Positions 63,678 through 64,000 of a stretch of 64,000 bases of DNA are shown piece after piece. A model generated the notes under the pieces. That model was not told the DNA's origin. It did no database searches and worked only from the letters and a program-made list of their open reading frames with translations. Position 1 is the stretch's first letter. Each line of letters begins with the position of its first letter. The position numbers and the translations under genes are program-made. Origin of the DNA: Stegostoma tigrinum (taxonomy: Eukaryota); NCBI RefSeq assembly GCF_030684315.1, contig NC_081369.1, forward strand, positions 9,400,035 through 9,464,034, given 5' to 3'.

Positions 63678-64000
63678 TTTGTGCTCCTGAGATGCTGCTT
63701 GGCCTGCTGTGTTCATCCAGCCTCACATTTTATTATCTTGGAATCTCCAGCATCTGCAGTTCCCATTATCTCTAACAAAATAATCCAATCTGTCTGTTTT
63801 ACTAATTCAAAACCCTTTGTTTTTCGCACCATTCATACAAAGGGCAAACAGACAAACAAGCACAGCTAAGGGACAAATACAATCTACAAGCAAAACTAGC
63901 GAGATTACTTCAGTGATTTCCGTGATGTGTTGTTCCCTGAGCATAGGTGATGTTTTCTTATTTATTTTCTGAACGCGCTGATCAAGGTCAGCTTTCAGTT

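Larger units (their letters stand above)
63546..63773. mobile_element. Young palindromic family A element with 15-bp TSD
   Basis: 101-bp arms (63541-63641 / 63642-63742) with one mismatch and no spacer; TSD AACAAAATAATCCAA at 63531-63545 and 63774-63788. Confidence 0.93.

Noticed and set aside
59179-63869. Recurring MLLRCCLACCVHPASHF ORFs as a small Cys-rich peptide family
   Set aside because: These are incidental translations of Penelope-derived repeat arms.

Overview
Eukaryotic genomic DNA, AT-rich and dense in repeats. The repeat families (HE1-type tRNA SINEs, CR1/HER1-type LINEs, Penelope-like elements, Gypsy) point to a cartilaginous fish, probably a shark; this is an inference. The main genic content is a cluster of non-rearranging, antigen-receptor-like Ig superfamily receptor genes (leader - germline VJ-type V - C1 - TM - cytoplasmic tail; SIRP/NCR3(NKp30)/VJC1-like architecture). 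One copy at 53.5-59.8 kb can be spliced by hand into an open reading frame. It uses a GC-AG intron, has an Arg at the start of the TM segment, and has a tail whose tyrosine motifs look eroded and are cut off by a transposon insertion. At least two decayed paralogues exist (V at 3.5 kb with TM at 8.2 kb; V at 28.9 kb with a possible TM at 43.4 kb), and there may be a fourth, divergently oriented V relic at 2.6-3.1 kb. Two families of short palindromic Penelope-derived elements carry minimal hammerhead ribozyme cores, and several have 13-15 bp target-site duplications. There is also an LTR element with a tRNA-Asn-like primer binding site. All exon models were read by eye and need RNA confirmation.
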